Program-made: the position numbers and the translations under genes | Notes under the pieces: model-generated | Databases searched by the model: none | Told to the model about the DNA's origin: nothing | The model's input: the letters and a program-made list of their open reading frames with translations, nothing else | Part shown: piece by piece, positions 12,912-27,200 of the stretch | Numbering within the stretch: position 1 is the first letter of the stretch | How the letters are laid out: the number at the start of each line of letters is the position of its first letter | From: Tubiluchus corallicola | Taxonomy: Eukaryota > Animalia > Priapulida | Length of the DNA: 64,000 nt | Assembly (NCBI GenBank): GCA_030141605.1 | Contig: JAQGDQ010000327.1 | Span: 62,001 to 126,000 of the forward strand | Reading direction: 5' to 3'

Positions 12912-15900
12912 CCGACTAGGCTACAGCTCCTATGACGGCACCATTCTCGACGATCTATACATCAAACAAGAGGCCTCCACCTACAGGTTCGCACATGTGG
13001 GTTTATTTTTCGAATCGGGCCGAAGAACTGGGAAGAATGGCCATTTTTTTTTACTGTTTTTCGGAAAGCTGTGCAAAACTTATACCTCTTATTTCTAGAG
13101 AACGGGAATGTGCCAGGGGCAGTGCTGGTAATGGTTGAATAGCCCGTTCAGTGGTGGGTGGTATAGTTATATTTAGATTTTGCGGGAGGGCTAATAATAC
13201 CCCCCGCTACAGGCATTTTCCTCGGACCCAACAACGCAAATTTTGTTAAAAACTGCTCTAACATCCTCTAGAAAAACTCAATTTGTGCAACTGTTTGATC
13301 AGGTAAAGAAAAAAAACACCTGGTGTGGGTGGTGTGTTGCGAGTGGAGTGGAGGATTGGTGTGGTGTGGGTTGTGAGTTTATGTGCTAAATTCTTTTTGT
13401 GGGGTTTGGCTGGTCTGTATGATTAATTTCGGTGGTATGTTCGATATTCGATAATATTGCGATATATAACATATCTACCGCATATATTAATTTCCGTGGT
13501 ATGGGCTTAATATATATATATTTACAGAGATGTAAGATTCGAGGCCATAGCTCCAACGATGGCACCATTTGCGGCAATCTATATATCAAACAAAAGACCT
13601 CGATCTAGTGTGGTCTCATTGGGGGTTTATTTTTTAATCGGGCCCACCCGGAAGAATGGGGGTCAAAAAACCTCCAAAAATGGCCTTTTCCCAGCCGTTT
13701 TTTGCAAAACTTACACCTCTTATTTCTGCAGAACGGGAAGGGGCTGGGGGCGTTGCCAGCCACGGATAGATAGCCCGTTCAACGGTGGGTGTTGTGGGCA
13801 TGTCTAGATTTCGCGGGAGGCCATGGCGTCTCGTAATGGGCGTTTTCTCGGACTCAACTCCCAATTTTTCCGAAATTTCGATCAAATAGCCTGTAGAAAA
13901 AAACAGCCTAGCGGCGCCTGGTGGGACTCTTGGAAGGTGATATATGGCTTTTTAAAAGAGGAAGAACAGGGCTACATGATGACGTCAGCTATATTTTAGG
14001 ACACGTCCACCGTGAGGAGCTGTGATGAGTTGATTGGAGGTTCCATTTTGAGTGATTTTCGTTTGGAAAACTGCTGACGCAAAGCCGTTGCTGTGACGTC
14101 ATCCATTATACTCTACCTATAATTTCGTTTAAGTAAAAGCTGCTGCTGTCAGTTATAATGTAAGCGTTATAACACTAATCTATTACAATCAAAAGGAGCA
14201 GTTTGTAAACTACTACGTAGACTGTTTATGCATTATTGATCATTGGTGGATGGGTCTAATACCATTTATCGCAACATGCAATTTCAACGTTGTGCAAAAT
14301 GTTTTGCGTGGTTTCTTATGCTGCTGTGTATTGGTATCGATGTTATAGGTGTTGTCATCGTCGTTGCCATTATCATTATCGTCATCATTATGATCACCAT
14401 GTAATGTGGCGGGTTTGGGGTGGTGGGTACGGTGTGTTGTAGGTAGTGTGGTATGGTGTGGTGTGTGGGTGTTGTGGTTTGGTGGTATGATGTGGGAGTG
14501 TGGTGGATGCGATGAGTAAAAGGAATGTTAAAATATACCATATGTTAAATAATTATATTAAGAAAAGTCTTCCTGAAGCCAGCCAAATAAGGAGAACTTA
14601 AGGAGTGGTGTCACTCGACGACGTGGGCGAAGAGTTGAACCATTTGTCAGACTGCGCACGCAGCTCATATATGAGACGTGACATCAGCCAGGAGGGGAGT
14701 TTGGTCAGACTTCACACCTACACGCAGGACGTCTCTTGTAGATTAGGGGCCTTGGCACTGCTATCTATATTTTACATCTATTGTGATGTTATTTAATAAA
14801 TGTGTTATTTCGCAAATAAAGTCTTAATAGCTTTTCCATTACTCAAACGTTCATAAACAGCTACACACGGCTCACACAACGTACTACCACTATACCACAG
14901 ACTTAATAATTTTACTCGATGTGGTGTGGTGGGATGGTATGGTGTGGGTGGTGTTATGTGGGTTGTGTGTTCATTTAGGTGCAAAATTCTTTTTGCTGGG
15001 CCTTTGCTAGTCTACATATTAATTTCGGTGGTATACTTGCAAAATACTCTTATTTCTAGAGAATGGGAACGTGCCCCGGATGCTGCTGGTAATGGTTAGA
15101 TTGCCCGTTCAATGGTGGGTGTTATAGTCATATGTAGATTTCGCGGGAGGGCCACGGCGTCCCATGACGGGCGTTTTCCCGGACCCAACCACGCAAATTT
15201 GCCAGAAAACTGCTCAAATAGCCTGTAGAAAAACTCACTTTGTGCAACAGTTTGGGCATGTTGGGAAAAAATCAGCACACTCCCAGAAAGAGAACGAAAC
15301 GGTATACAAAATGTTGAAGGTTTCACTAGGAGAGATATCCACTGGACGAAACAGGAAGGGTGTATTTTAAAGTTCTTTTTAACCCGTGCTGCACGCTATT
15401 TGGAACATCCATTGCCTTTAATTTTGATAAATTTCGCCGCTGTTTCAGGTGTTGTTGTCATCAGCCGTTCGACAGTGTTATAGATTTTACATGTAAGTTC
15501 TGTTAGCCTATTGTCATCTGAGGACCAATAAACAAAAACTATGTAGAATGTCTGTGCATTATTGATCATTGGTAGACAGACTAATGGCATTTATTATAGC
15601 AGACAGTTTTGACTTTGTGTAAAATGTGTTGAATGGTTTCGTTATGATGCTGTGCTGTTGGTGTTGGTGCTATAGGTGTTGTCATCGTTGTCGTCATCAT
15701 CAACATCATCATCGCCATATGATGTGGGGATCTGGTGTGGTGGGTGTAGCGAGTGTGCTGTGAATGGAGTGCTGTGTGTGTTGTGCTGTGGATGTGTGGT
15801 GGGGTGGGTGTGGTGGTGTGGTGTGGTGGGCGTGGTGTAGTTTGGGTGTGGGTGGTGTGGTGTGGCGAGTGTGCTGTAGATGGTGTGGTGGAATGGTAGG

Positions 15901-16510
15901 GTGTGTGATGAGTTGGTGGTGTGGTGTGGGTGGTGTTGGTGTAGTGTGGTGTGCTATGGTGTGGGTGGTGTGGTGTTGTAGTGTCAACATCATAGTCATC
16001 AACATCATCATAACCATGTGATGTTGTGGGTGTGGTGTGGTGGGTGTGGCGAGTGTGCTGTGAATGGTGTGCTAAGGGTGTTGCGCTGTGGATGATGTGA
16101 TGGGGTGGGTATGGTGTGGGTGGTGTTGTGGGTGGTGTGCTATGATTTGGGTGATGTGGTGTTGTGGTATGGTGTGGGTGGTGTGGTGCTGTATTGTGTT
16201 ATGGTGTTGGAGGTGTGGTGTGGTGTGGGTAGCATTTATTATAGCACACAGTTTTGACTTTGTGCAAAATGTTTTGAATGGTTTCGTTATGATGCTGTGC
16301 TGTTGGTGTTGGTGCAGTAGGTGTCGTCATCATTGTCGTCACCATCAATATAGTCATCAATATCTCATCATCACCATCACCATATGATGTGGGGATCTGG
16401 TGTGGTGGGTGTAGCGAGTGTGCTGTGTGTGTTGTGCTGTGGTGTAGCATGGTGGGTGGTGTGCTATGGTGTGGTGTTGTGGCATCATCATCATAGTCAT
16501 CAACAAACGT
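10620..16510. repeat. Cluster of tandem and inverted copies of a composite repeat ((TA)n + core + GT/CAC-rich tail), possibly a non-autonomous Helitron/Helentron-like family
   Basis: Shared core (aaaacttatacctcttatttct...gcccgttca..ggtgggtg..) near 12210, 13075, 13705 and 15045, and inverted near 11330-11360. GT-rich tails at 13320, 14400, 14920 and 15720-16490; CAC-rich mirror at 10620-11040. Confidence 0.75.
12711..12844. repeat. Perfect 134-bp palindrome centred on (TA)9
   Basis: aatttatacgcaaaattttttgcaaggcctttgctagtcttataattaattttggtgg, then (ta)9, then the exact reverse complement. Confidence 0.95.
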
Positions 16511-17199
16511 TCGTTGACGAAAATATTACTAACATTGTTGTCTCCATAGTCATCAAATGTTCCAGCCGTCCACTTTTTTTAGCTTGCTCTTATTCAAAAT
16601 TAATTCATGCTTTTTCTTTTTGCTGTTGAGTCTTGCGATAATTGGACACCAAGAACTATTCCTCCCGGTTCTGTACTGTACTGATCTCGAATTGTCGGAT
16701 CTCGACATCAATACGTCCAGCTACATCGATTACTATCTGCGTCATGTCCTCACTATCAGATACCGATACTCAGACTAATTCAACACAGTCACTAGTTCAA
16801 CAGATAGTTCAACAGTTCAACACTAGTTCAACAGTAGAACAGATATTGTTCAAGTTTATTTAACTTAATTTCGAGTAATCTGTTTGACTCAACGATTTGA
16901 GCGGGTTTTGCTTCCCATTCTTCGAAAAGAAGATTTACTAGAATCACTTTCAATTTGAGATAACTTCACCTTGTGTTCGGCCAATCGCTCTGCATTAGTA
17001 CTTGACAGTTTTCCTCGTCTTATATTTTAGTATAAAAACTGGCTTGATCGCGTTTAATTTCACCAATATCATTTTGTATGACATAAAGTCGTTTCAGTTG
17101 AATTAATTCAAGTACAATTTCACCTCACTGCTGCAATATTGTTTGGTGTAAGAATTAGAATTACTCATCGAGGCTGGCTAAGCTTTATATCACCACCTC

Positions 17200-17830
17200 T
17201 TCAAAAACGGTGATAGGTGCATAGGTTAGATGTGTTTAGATGCATATTATTCCTACCATATAGTAAAGAACATGTTGTACCATTATTTAAGAATATAGGC
17301 TTTTTAAATATTTACGATATAAATAAATTTGAAACTGCTATTTGTATACCACAACAATTTACTTCCATCGTTATTTGATGACTACTTTCAGCAAAACTTA
17401 AGTATTCACAGATACAACACTCGTAATAAGCTTAACTATCGCTGTGTTAAATGTAGTACTAATCTTCGGCAATTTTCTGTTAAATACCGCGGTACTGTTA
17501 CATGGAACTATACTAACACCGAAATCCGTAATTTGTCTTTAGTCTCAAAATTTAAAAGAATGTGTAAATATTTTTTATTCAAGTAGCACAATTGATAAAA
17601 CCATCTTGTCAGTTTTACATTCTAGATTCAATTTACAATTTTATATATTGGTTATATTGTAAATATGTATAATTGTTTTTTATAATGTCCCTTTTTCTTT
17701 TTGTTTTCGTTTAGTATACTAACGTTAAATTGTCATCTGGTTGTTGTATGTGGATACTTATTAATACGTTTTATTTTTCACACAGTTCATTATCAGTGGC
17801 CCTTATGAGCCTTTGGGCTTCTTAGACACC
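17200..17830 (+). mobile_element. LINE (L2/CR1 group) 3' end
   Basis: PLFKNIGFLNIYDI..LLPSLFDDYFQQNLSIHRYNTR..QFSVKYRGTVTWN..IRNLSLVSKFKR, followed by a T-rich 3'UTR. Confidence 0.75.
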
Positions 17831-18897
17831 AAAATTATTAAATGTTACTTTTATTATTTTTATAGTTAATCATTTTGAACTGGTAAGTTGCTAAAAATCT
17901 ACGTTTTTTGCGTATTTAACTATTAATTATTTTAGTAATTTAAATAAATTCTTTTGATAAAAAAGAAACGCATTGCAGCCAGTCGTTTCTTCTTAAGACT
18001 GTGGAAGAATGGCGAAATAGTCTAGATAATAAAAAAGTTATAGGTGCAATATTAAGTGATCTTTGAAAATATCTCGGGCGCACATAACATGTTGAAATTT
18101 AATTATGTAAAATACGTAATACGTATTTAATACGTAAGGAATTCTCCGGGTTGGTCCTTCAGCTCGTTTAATAACATCTTACTCTAGAAGTTTTTCCCGT
18201 TTGTTTTTAAGTACTTTAACGCATATGAAACGGAATCCGCCTAGCTGACTGTGCGACTAGTGGAATCGCTGCTTAAGATTTTCCCGGTCCTGTAAACTGA
18301 AACATGATCCACCAATAATCCGGAATTACCAAGTGTAACAACAAAGGTTGCCTGCAACTTTTTTTGGAAATATTGGGCTGATAATTCATAGTCACCCAAG
18401 GTTCGCACTCGCCGCCGTTTGAAACGACATACATTTTTGTTTTTAGTACTTTTCCAAGTAGATCTCTGTGAAATACGTCTTCTGTTTCCTGTGTTACAGC
18501 TAAACCCCACATTTCACACGAAGATGTACAAGTCTTGTTTTCAGGAATAATTTCCTGCTTAGAATCGATTTAGACGGGATAAAACCAAATATTGCCTGCT
18601 GTTGTATATTTGTATATCGTCTTCTATGTTATAATTAACATCGTACACGATCGTGTATTGATTTCAATCGCTTAAAATGTTATAGTCGCCAGTTTTTGTT
18701 ATTGTTTTTTAGATTTTTCCACCAATTTAGAAAACTCCTTTGTCTGTACCGACCCTTTTTGAAATACTAAAATTCAGAAATACTATCATCGGCTAATATT
18801 GCTACATTATTGCTGTACTTTACCAAAAATAGTAAAATACAACGAAAAATCGTTGTGACTATATAGCGAAAAAATAAAAGTGTTTTTTAGAACATAC

Positions 18898-19033
18898 TAG
18901 AGCGTTTGTTGGGTATACTATACCGTCCATGTGTGATGTCATAAGCTAGCTTTTTAAATCCCTGTTTGCCATCAAATGGCATACATCCGTATGACAAGAC
19001 ATAAAGAATTACACCTAAACTCCACACATCCAC
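18898..19033 (-). CDS. NUAK: NUAK-family kinase exon (subdomains IX-X)
   Basis: ttttAG / GTatgt; 136 bp; encodes [45 protein letters not shown]; phase 1 matches the next exon. Confidence 0.92.
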
Positions 19034-19786
19034 CTAAAAATGTTAATAAAAATAGCTCTAATTTGTAATACAATTGAAAAATTATGACAACAAACCAAAC
19101 GTTTTATTATTATGACAGCAAAAATAATAAACATCATCAACGGAGCAAAAGGAAAACATTTCGTTGGTCTTTATTGCAATTCTTATGTTCAAAATTCTAA
19201 ACAACTATCACAGCAAACTTGCACGGCAAAGCTATAATTTAAAGGCACATTATTTATATACCCATTTAAAACAAGTATCTTTATAACAGCTCATAAAGAA
19301 CATAGTCTTTGATAGGCGAGTAGAATTGTCAGCTAAAATTGGCACTCAACCCCCAATGTTAAAAAAGATTAAAAACACAAAAATGTTGCAAGGGCGTTTG
19401 ATTAATTTTGTACTCACAATTTATTGTACAAAAGTCACCAAATGGTGTTTATGCATTTGCATTGCTAATGCGGTGATTTTTGATAATAAAGTCCAATAGA
19501 ATGGTGCGTATTTTACGCAGCGTAAATGAGCTGAATCACTGTCTTTGCCTTGAAATAATGAAATTTTACACAACATTAAGAGATGATTAATAGTAGACCA
19601 ATGAAAAATCATATAATATGGCCACCATATTATAAGATGGCTGTTGCTAATTTATAAGAGCTATATTTAGCTAATAGAGGACCATGATTTTGGTGTATAA
19701 ATGTAGGTTTTCATGAATAAGGCATCCATATTTGATACTTGAAAGCCCTTATAACATCGAATTATAACATCTTATAACCCCATTTA

Positions 19787-19945
<159 letters not shown>

Positions 19946-19959
19946 TTACATAATGTTTA

Positions 19960-21990
19960 CATAAGAATAAGAATTTATTTTTCATCTGGATACATTATAA
20001 ATAGTCTTAAAAGCTGTTATTTCCATAATGGTTCATGATTGCTGGTAGGTAAAAAACAGTATGTGTTAGACAAATATAATGTTGACAACAAATAAAACGT
20101 ATGCACAGTTATTTACTGTAAAATTATTAGCACCAATAAAATCACGCTTCTTTTAAATTAAATCAATATTGTTAAGACTTTTAGGTTTACTTAAAAGTTA
20201 CAAATAAAATAGACAATTTTATACCTGCATAAGATAATATAATACATGTACATAATTACATACAAATAAAATAGACAATTTTATACACATATTTATGAAA
20301 GTTATTATATATATATATATATATTCTAAGCATAAAAATAAGAGTAGTGTTTGGTAAAATTAATTTTATTAAAATATAATCAATCATAGTTAGTAGAGAA
20401 ATAACAAAGATACCTGTTACTGTTGCAAGGCTTTTTGGAGCAGTCTTGTTTTTAGTTGGGCATAAGTTGCGCTAAATGGCAATTCTTCGTCTAAATTATT
20501 GTACAAAACAGCCCCAGAATAATCCAGCGAAGCCTTTTTTGTAATCTGTTCCTGAGTTGGGAACTAGTAATGGACTGGCATTTGCTAGTCTGATATTATA
20601 AATTATGTTTTCTTTGAAGTTTTCGTTGGATTTTGCGGGGTACTCTGGGGCCTATAACGGTTTCATGTACAAGCTGGTTTCTCGATATTCAATATAATTT
20701 GCTATAATTTACATGTCTTTAATTTATTTGAACTCACTATATGTATGGTGTCTGCTAAAATGATTTTTGCTGCTCTTTCTTGAAGACAAGCAATATACAC
20801 TAAATGGTATTTCTCAGTTCTCCCACACTGTACAACATGACGGTGTTGTCATTCGCATACATTTCTTTTGAACGTTCTTTTAAACTATTAATTTTGGTTA
20901 GTCGTTTATATGTAGCAGGAAAATTATAGGCCCCAATATAGATCCTTGTGGTACACCAGTTTTGATAATTTGTTGTTCAGATTCTTGCCCCCTAAGTTGG
21001 ACCCACTGGGATCAATTTGACAAATAGAAGCGGAACCAATTTAAAGGTAGACAGGATGATTTTTCAATATACTACTCCATTTTCAAGTAAGATGCAAGTA
21101 TACATTTTAACACAATTAATACTGCAAAAGCATTTCTGATAATTAAATAATAGATTAATAGCTTAATTAACGGCGGGCGAGCCCAACTATTGATAGCATC
21201 ACACACTAACATAATTTTCTACAGCAAAAATACTCCACGAGCGTGTTGCACGTGTTTGCGAAAGCAAAAATTGAAGTACAGTGTTACCATAAATTATTCA
21301 GTATGTTGTACTAAAACTAGGCAAGTTTTAAGAAAAAAAATCAAATTTCAAATTTATCGCTGTGCTCACGCCTGAGCTGTCGAACGTGTGTCGAACACAT
21401 CTGAACTGAGGGTACAGCATTTTTTTGTGTAATGCGTTTCCGAAATGCAGGCACTAGTGCCCGTCTAACCAGTGAATGGCGAAATGTATGTAACAGTGAA
21501 GAACTAGTGGCGCGAACGTGAAACTGTGTTTGTGTGATAATAATTCTTTCATGTAAGTCATTTTTGAAAAAATAGTATAAACCGTTCAATATTTTAAAGA
21601 GTAGATTGTTTTGATTGACCTACAGTTTAAGATTGGGTCCGGTTTTGCTTTAAGGCAGTGCCCCGTATGCCATAACATTGTAGTTTTTTATCACAATCTC
21701 ATGATCAAGGATATCAAACGCTTTCTTCAGGTCTAAGCAGAGGGCACCTGTAAATTTACTTTCATCTATATTATTTAGCCATTCATCTTTGAGTGATACC
21801 AGTGCAGTTTCACAGTTATGGTTATTTCTAAAATCAGATTGGTTTTCTTACATTTCTGTTAAAAGATGCTTGCAATCAATATAACTGGTAAGCTTATCTG
21901 CAACTTTCAACTACCTTACTTATAATAGGAAGGTTGGAATTGGGCGGTAGTTTTTAAGATCTTCCCGATCACCAGTTTTGTGTATCGGGT
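19960..21990 (-). mobile_element. Degenerate CR1/L2-group LINE, interrupted at about 21060-21600
   Basis: Frameshifted RT motifs PIHKTGDREDLKNYRPI, LDLKKAFD and GVPQGSILGP; 3' tail aaataaattcttattctt near 19965. Confidence 0.75.
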
Positions 21991-22733
21991 AACGCGAAAC
22001 AGATTAATACAAATACTTAGTAATGTTTATATAAGCTAATCATATTAATATAAATGGTTAATAATGGCTGCATAAGCCAAACATGTTAATACAAATCACA
22101 GTTGGCTGGCATAGGGTCAAACTACAGTACAGTGTATCATCAAGTCGTAAAATTTTGTAGTCAACATTCGTCTTAAGCTGATCTGATTGAATGAAATTAA
22201 ACTAACCGTACGGTTTTATTTATAAAACCTAATATGAAGAATATGAACAAGAACAATGTTTTAGTGTGGAAAAACGCTGACTGCAAAAATAATCACGCTA
22301 AAGGAATATCTAGTTTGACAAACTCTCTGACGTGGTCAGAAACTGGAGTTTTTGAAAACAATAGTTACAAAATTAGGCTTTGAAGTGACATCAGCCTTTT
22401 GTTTGAAAGTCACAATTTTTAAATTATTGAAATCACGTTCCGTAATTGTCTAGAAACGTTGTCAACAGTACGAAGACGGAACAATATCACATTCATCGAG
22501 GCTTTGACGACTTGTGGAAAAATGTAAATACCTTTTTAGCTAACACCTACGCCGGCAAACCATAGCAAAGAAATATTCTAACATTGGATGTTTATTCGGA
22601 ACTGACAACGGTTTTTGAAAGTAATAGACATTCTCTTGCAACCAAAGTCCGGATCCTTTAAACTTTGCTTGAACCTTATTCTTTATACAATGCTGAACTA
22701 TGAACAACAGTAACTGAGCAAGCATTTCAATAT

Positions 22734-23390
22734 TGTTAACTTGTGAATCTGTTCACACTTATGTAAACGCTTTGCGTAGTCTGCTTGCCTGCTTGCGTCT
22801 GTGTCTTGGGAACGCTTGCCGCTTTGTAAAGAGTAACTTCTTGTGAATGCTCTACAGGCGTGAGATTAGAATACCTAAGAGTTAGGAATCACTTACCTTA
22901 CCACCGGAAGTACGCTAGAAGCTGTTACTCTAATCAATCAGATGTATATTAGGATGTGTCTTATATTACAGTGCCTAAAGCCAATCAACAACAACTTAGA
23001 AGCAGTGCCCGTCTCCATGTGAGATGGTAGCAGAGGACGTTAGTATGATGACAGGTCAGCAAAGGCTTGTTGCTAGGTGTTGCTAAGGATAGATATTTTT
23101 AGATGTGTGACATAAGTGTAATAAGTTCAGACTCAGAATTATGGTATAATTATAAGGACCAGCAATATCCAGCTGGAAGGCAGTCAGTTTATAGACGCCA
23201 GTGATTTGCTATAGATTCTGAGGCAGGCGTTTTTCTACCCTCTTGGACTTTTTGTTGATGTTCATCAGTGTGCAATTATGTGCAATATAGTATACGATCA
23301 TATATGCTAAACAAGACCTTGTGTTTTATACTTCAACACGCTAAGAAGACAACTACAAGCCATCGTTCATTGTTACTGATACTGAGAACA
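22734..23390 (+). mobile_element. Possible solo LTR
   Basis: TG...CA-bounded block of higher GC with a TATA-like tataagg motif; no clean TSD found. Confidence 0.3.
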
Positions 23391-24170
23391 AAAACCAACA
23401 TCATTATTATTTAACAAAAGATAAGCAACAGAAGAAATGACACTTTTCAAAGAACATCATTTTAAAAAATTATTAGGAATTAAATAGCCCGACAGAATAT
23501 CCACTCATGATCTGTATCCATCATGATCTGTGGTCAAGAAGAAATTTGCAAAAAACTGTCTATAAAACATAAGGCTAATTTACACTACCAATGTATAAAA
23601 ATTTTCAGGCGCTGTAGTAGCCGCCATTCACTTGAAAATTATGACTGGTGGACATCGTGACGTTCTGTAAGCACATCGTCGAGTTCTGTAAACACATATT
23701 GCTTAAACTAATTCAAACTTTTGCAGCCTACCTAATATTTATGCAAAATATCACTGAGCTGGTTATCTAATTTTTTGTCAAACCTTGTACTTTTGACAGA
23801 AATTTATGTGTCAAAGAAATACACTGTTTTATCGGAGAATGGGCATTCAAAATGGGTGTGCTCAAGCGTAAAATGATTGCGACTTCAAAGTGATTTTACT
23901 AATTATTATTACTATATCACCTATATTAAATATCCTCCTAACATTTTTCACGGACACTGAAATAAACCTAACTTTTTCGAAGGTTTGGTCTTTCCTTTAA
24001 TGGTATGTGAGGCAATGCGTAATGCTGACAAGTCACTGAGAGTGTTGATTTATTTCTGTAAACTTAATTTTTTGACCGTTCGCATTTTTATTTCCATGCA
24101 GGTATGGGTAAGGGCGTGCAGTACTGTTGTAAAATAACACATTACTGTTAAAATTAGTAAGCACCCATAC

Positions 24171-24236
24171 CTTTGCGTTTCCAGTCTTATCCAGTAGAAT
24201 ATTCTCCAGCTTTAAATCTCGATGTGCAATGTTGTG
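24171..24236 (-). CDS. NUAK: NUAK-family kinase exon (catalytic loop)
   Basis: ttgcAG / GTatgg; 66 bp; encodes HNIAHRDLKLENILLDKTGNAK, containing HRDLKLEN. Confidence 0.94.
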
Positions 24237-27200
24237 CTGCAAAAATGTATCATCGGTATAAATATTAAACTACGTGTTACACCACTCAAATGCAGATATT
24301 GTTAACTCAGATATGGCATAGTTCATTTAAATGTGACATAGTTCATTAAAATTAAGCAACAATGCAATTCAAACTTGCCTGTTCCCTCAAATATAGACTT
24401 AGGTTCAGTTAAGTGTAGTTATAAGATTTATTTTACTCTATTTTATCTTCATTTATTAAAACGTTTCAGTAATTGTGGTTCATCAATGTAGCTATTGTCC
24501 CACCGCCTCAAGCTGTTTTTCTTTATTGAAAGACAACCCTTTCATGCATTGCGGTACTACTGTTTACTCTTTTATGATCGGTCCTATTATGTATAGTTTT
24601 AATTGTAGTGTTTGTCTTCAAGGTCAACCGGGACTGAAACAAAATTATAAATAAATGAAATAAAATAAAATTGTATTTTTAATTATTTTTCATTCCATTT
24701 CACAAAAACAAGAGCTGACAAGTCTATGTGAGTTAACAATAACATTTATAATACCATTGTCAGTATGCATTAATAACCTGTTGCGAATGCTATAACTATA
24801 ACACGATCTTCTCCGAATGTGACTAAAATGGGTTAGAGATAGGATTACTCACTTGCCAGAAGCACCACAATCGTACTTTAAACGAAATAGTTTTCTGATA
24901 CCATTGCTGTATGCAATACGCAGTTACTATAATTAGTCTATAAACACATACAGTAAAAGTTGCAGCAGTAACTCTTAAATGGCATGATAATACATCGTCT
25001 GAGTACATGGAAAATTTTCCTATTGAAGAATTAACCCATATATAAAAAAGGACTAGTCTGGTTTTGAATGTCACAGTTATCGCTTAGATTAGTGTATATT
25101 ATATACCAATTCTCCTGAATACTTACACGCGATGCAGCAATGTCAAGGTATAACGTGTTTTAAACATGATTTGCTTTCTGCCAAATTAAAATCAATTTTG
25201 TGAAGAGTAGCAAAGCTAGTGCAAGTATTGAGAAGATCTTGAAGTACAAGAAGAGAAGTTGCAAATTAAACAATAAACAATGTAATCAGCATAAATTACA
25301 TTATTAATGAAATTCCGTGCAAGATGACATCCCTTCATACCATTCACTTATTATATATATATACGTACACATAGCGACGATTAATGTATTTTTTATATCT
25401 GTATATCTGTACTAACATGCAGATACTAAATATATAAGTAACTTTATTATTTTCACTTCTTCACTGTTTAAGCCTACGTCATATGTATGTTACAGGTAAT
25501 GTGTAAAATTTAGAAATTTTATAAAAATCTTAGTACGTCATATGATACCCATGCGTTTCGGGAAAAGTGTGAAATAAATCTCTTTGTTGAGACTTTTTCA
25601 CGCTTTCCTAGGCATATTGTATAATTGCTAGGATTTATATAAAATGCGTAGAATGACTTTGGCAAAGTGTAAATTGAACATAATTCACGTTGAGTCGAAC
25701 CTTTTCTGGGTATTTTATACATTACCTAAACATCGTATAGAACGCATAACTAAGCAAGCTGTTCAAGAAAGCCGGTGAGTTAATTATTTACTGGTAATGG
25801 GTGCAACATCACAATCTCTGACATGCTGTTCGGTGTTCATTCAGGCGAATCACTTTCATCGCTAAGAATTAAGTCGGCCGGATTCAGTAAAGTTTTTACA
25901 AACAATTTTCTTAGTTAAATTTATGCTTACGAACAGCCTTAGCGCTACGTACGGATTCCTTAGACCAGTTTTCTCTAAAAATATTCTTGAATGCAAGGTT
26001 TAGGGCTTACGTAAATACAATTTTGAATTTTGTGCAAAGTTTAAATGGCTATGACTGGTGATGTTATGAAAGAAGAGGTTACTGATAAAAATCTGATGTG
26101 CAGAGAACGTATTTTTCGCAATAGATTAAATCACATCATTGAAGGAAAGCGTTGCACGAATTGTAACCTGATCAGTAGACCGTACGGCTTGCATCTCTCT
26201 CTCTCTCTCTGTCTCCCCCTCCCCATCCCCCTCTCTCTCTATCCACCACAAAAGAGGACGACAAAATTCTTGTATGCGAGAAAAAACCAAGCAAAAAATC
26301 ACACAAATTTGCATCATGACTTTTTTCAATTTCACAATTTCCCTAAAATAAAACTGGCATTATATGAAATGCTTAGGAAAATTATATCAGAACAAATGAA
26401 CATGTGTTTTATATCTCTATAAACTAAAATTTTTTCGACATTCTATAAAATGCCTAGCAAAAGTATATTTAAAACTAAGAACTATACACTTTGCCTGGAG
26501 AGACTTTTGAATTGCATATAATGCCTAGGAATTAGTGTTTGGAAGAAATGCAGGAAAACTAGGTACAATGTAGCTAAACATAAATTTGGTTTGCTCTACA
26601 GCACTAAGGACACTAAAGAGTCCTCTAATGGCATTATTGTAACGATTAGGCTTTTTTTGCTCAGACATCTTGAAATTCATTTTTTTTGACCGGAACTGAT
26701 ATCTGAATTATTTGTAATTATGTAAAATTTCAATGTTTTTCTTTGTTTGTGTGTGTAATGTGTGTAGATCATTGTGGCATTATGGAAATAATCAACTGAA
26801 CTTTTCTAAATTCATTCAATATGTCAAATAAAACATTACATATGCGCAATGCCTAATAAATTTTCTAGGTTTATTCGTGGGCAACAAACTGAGCTCTGAT
26901 GATCAATTGAACAACATTTACAATAAAATGGCCTGAATGGTCGCGCAGACTGCGGTATGTTAATAATTAACATTAATCATAATTATAGCTTACATAATTC
27001 AACTAAGTTGCTGATACTGAAATTTTGTTCTGCACGCTCAATCAATGTTTAAACTTTAACAGACCTAATGAGGTGCTGCCACTGTTTTGAAATTATTGTC
27101 GACAAAAGTTTTTTTTACTACATCTTGCGCATATGCATACTTGCTCATATCTGAGCAAGCCCATTTTACCTCTAACTGTCTTCCAATTACGACTGCATCA

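Noticed and set aside
15709-16629. His/Thr/Pro-rich and Val/Trp/Cys/Gly-rich ORFs (also 10601-10816 and 14284-14541)
   Set aside because: They are stop-poor translations of GT/CAC simple repeats.
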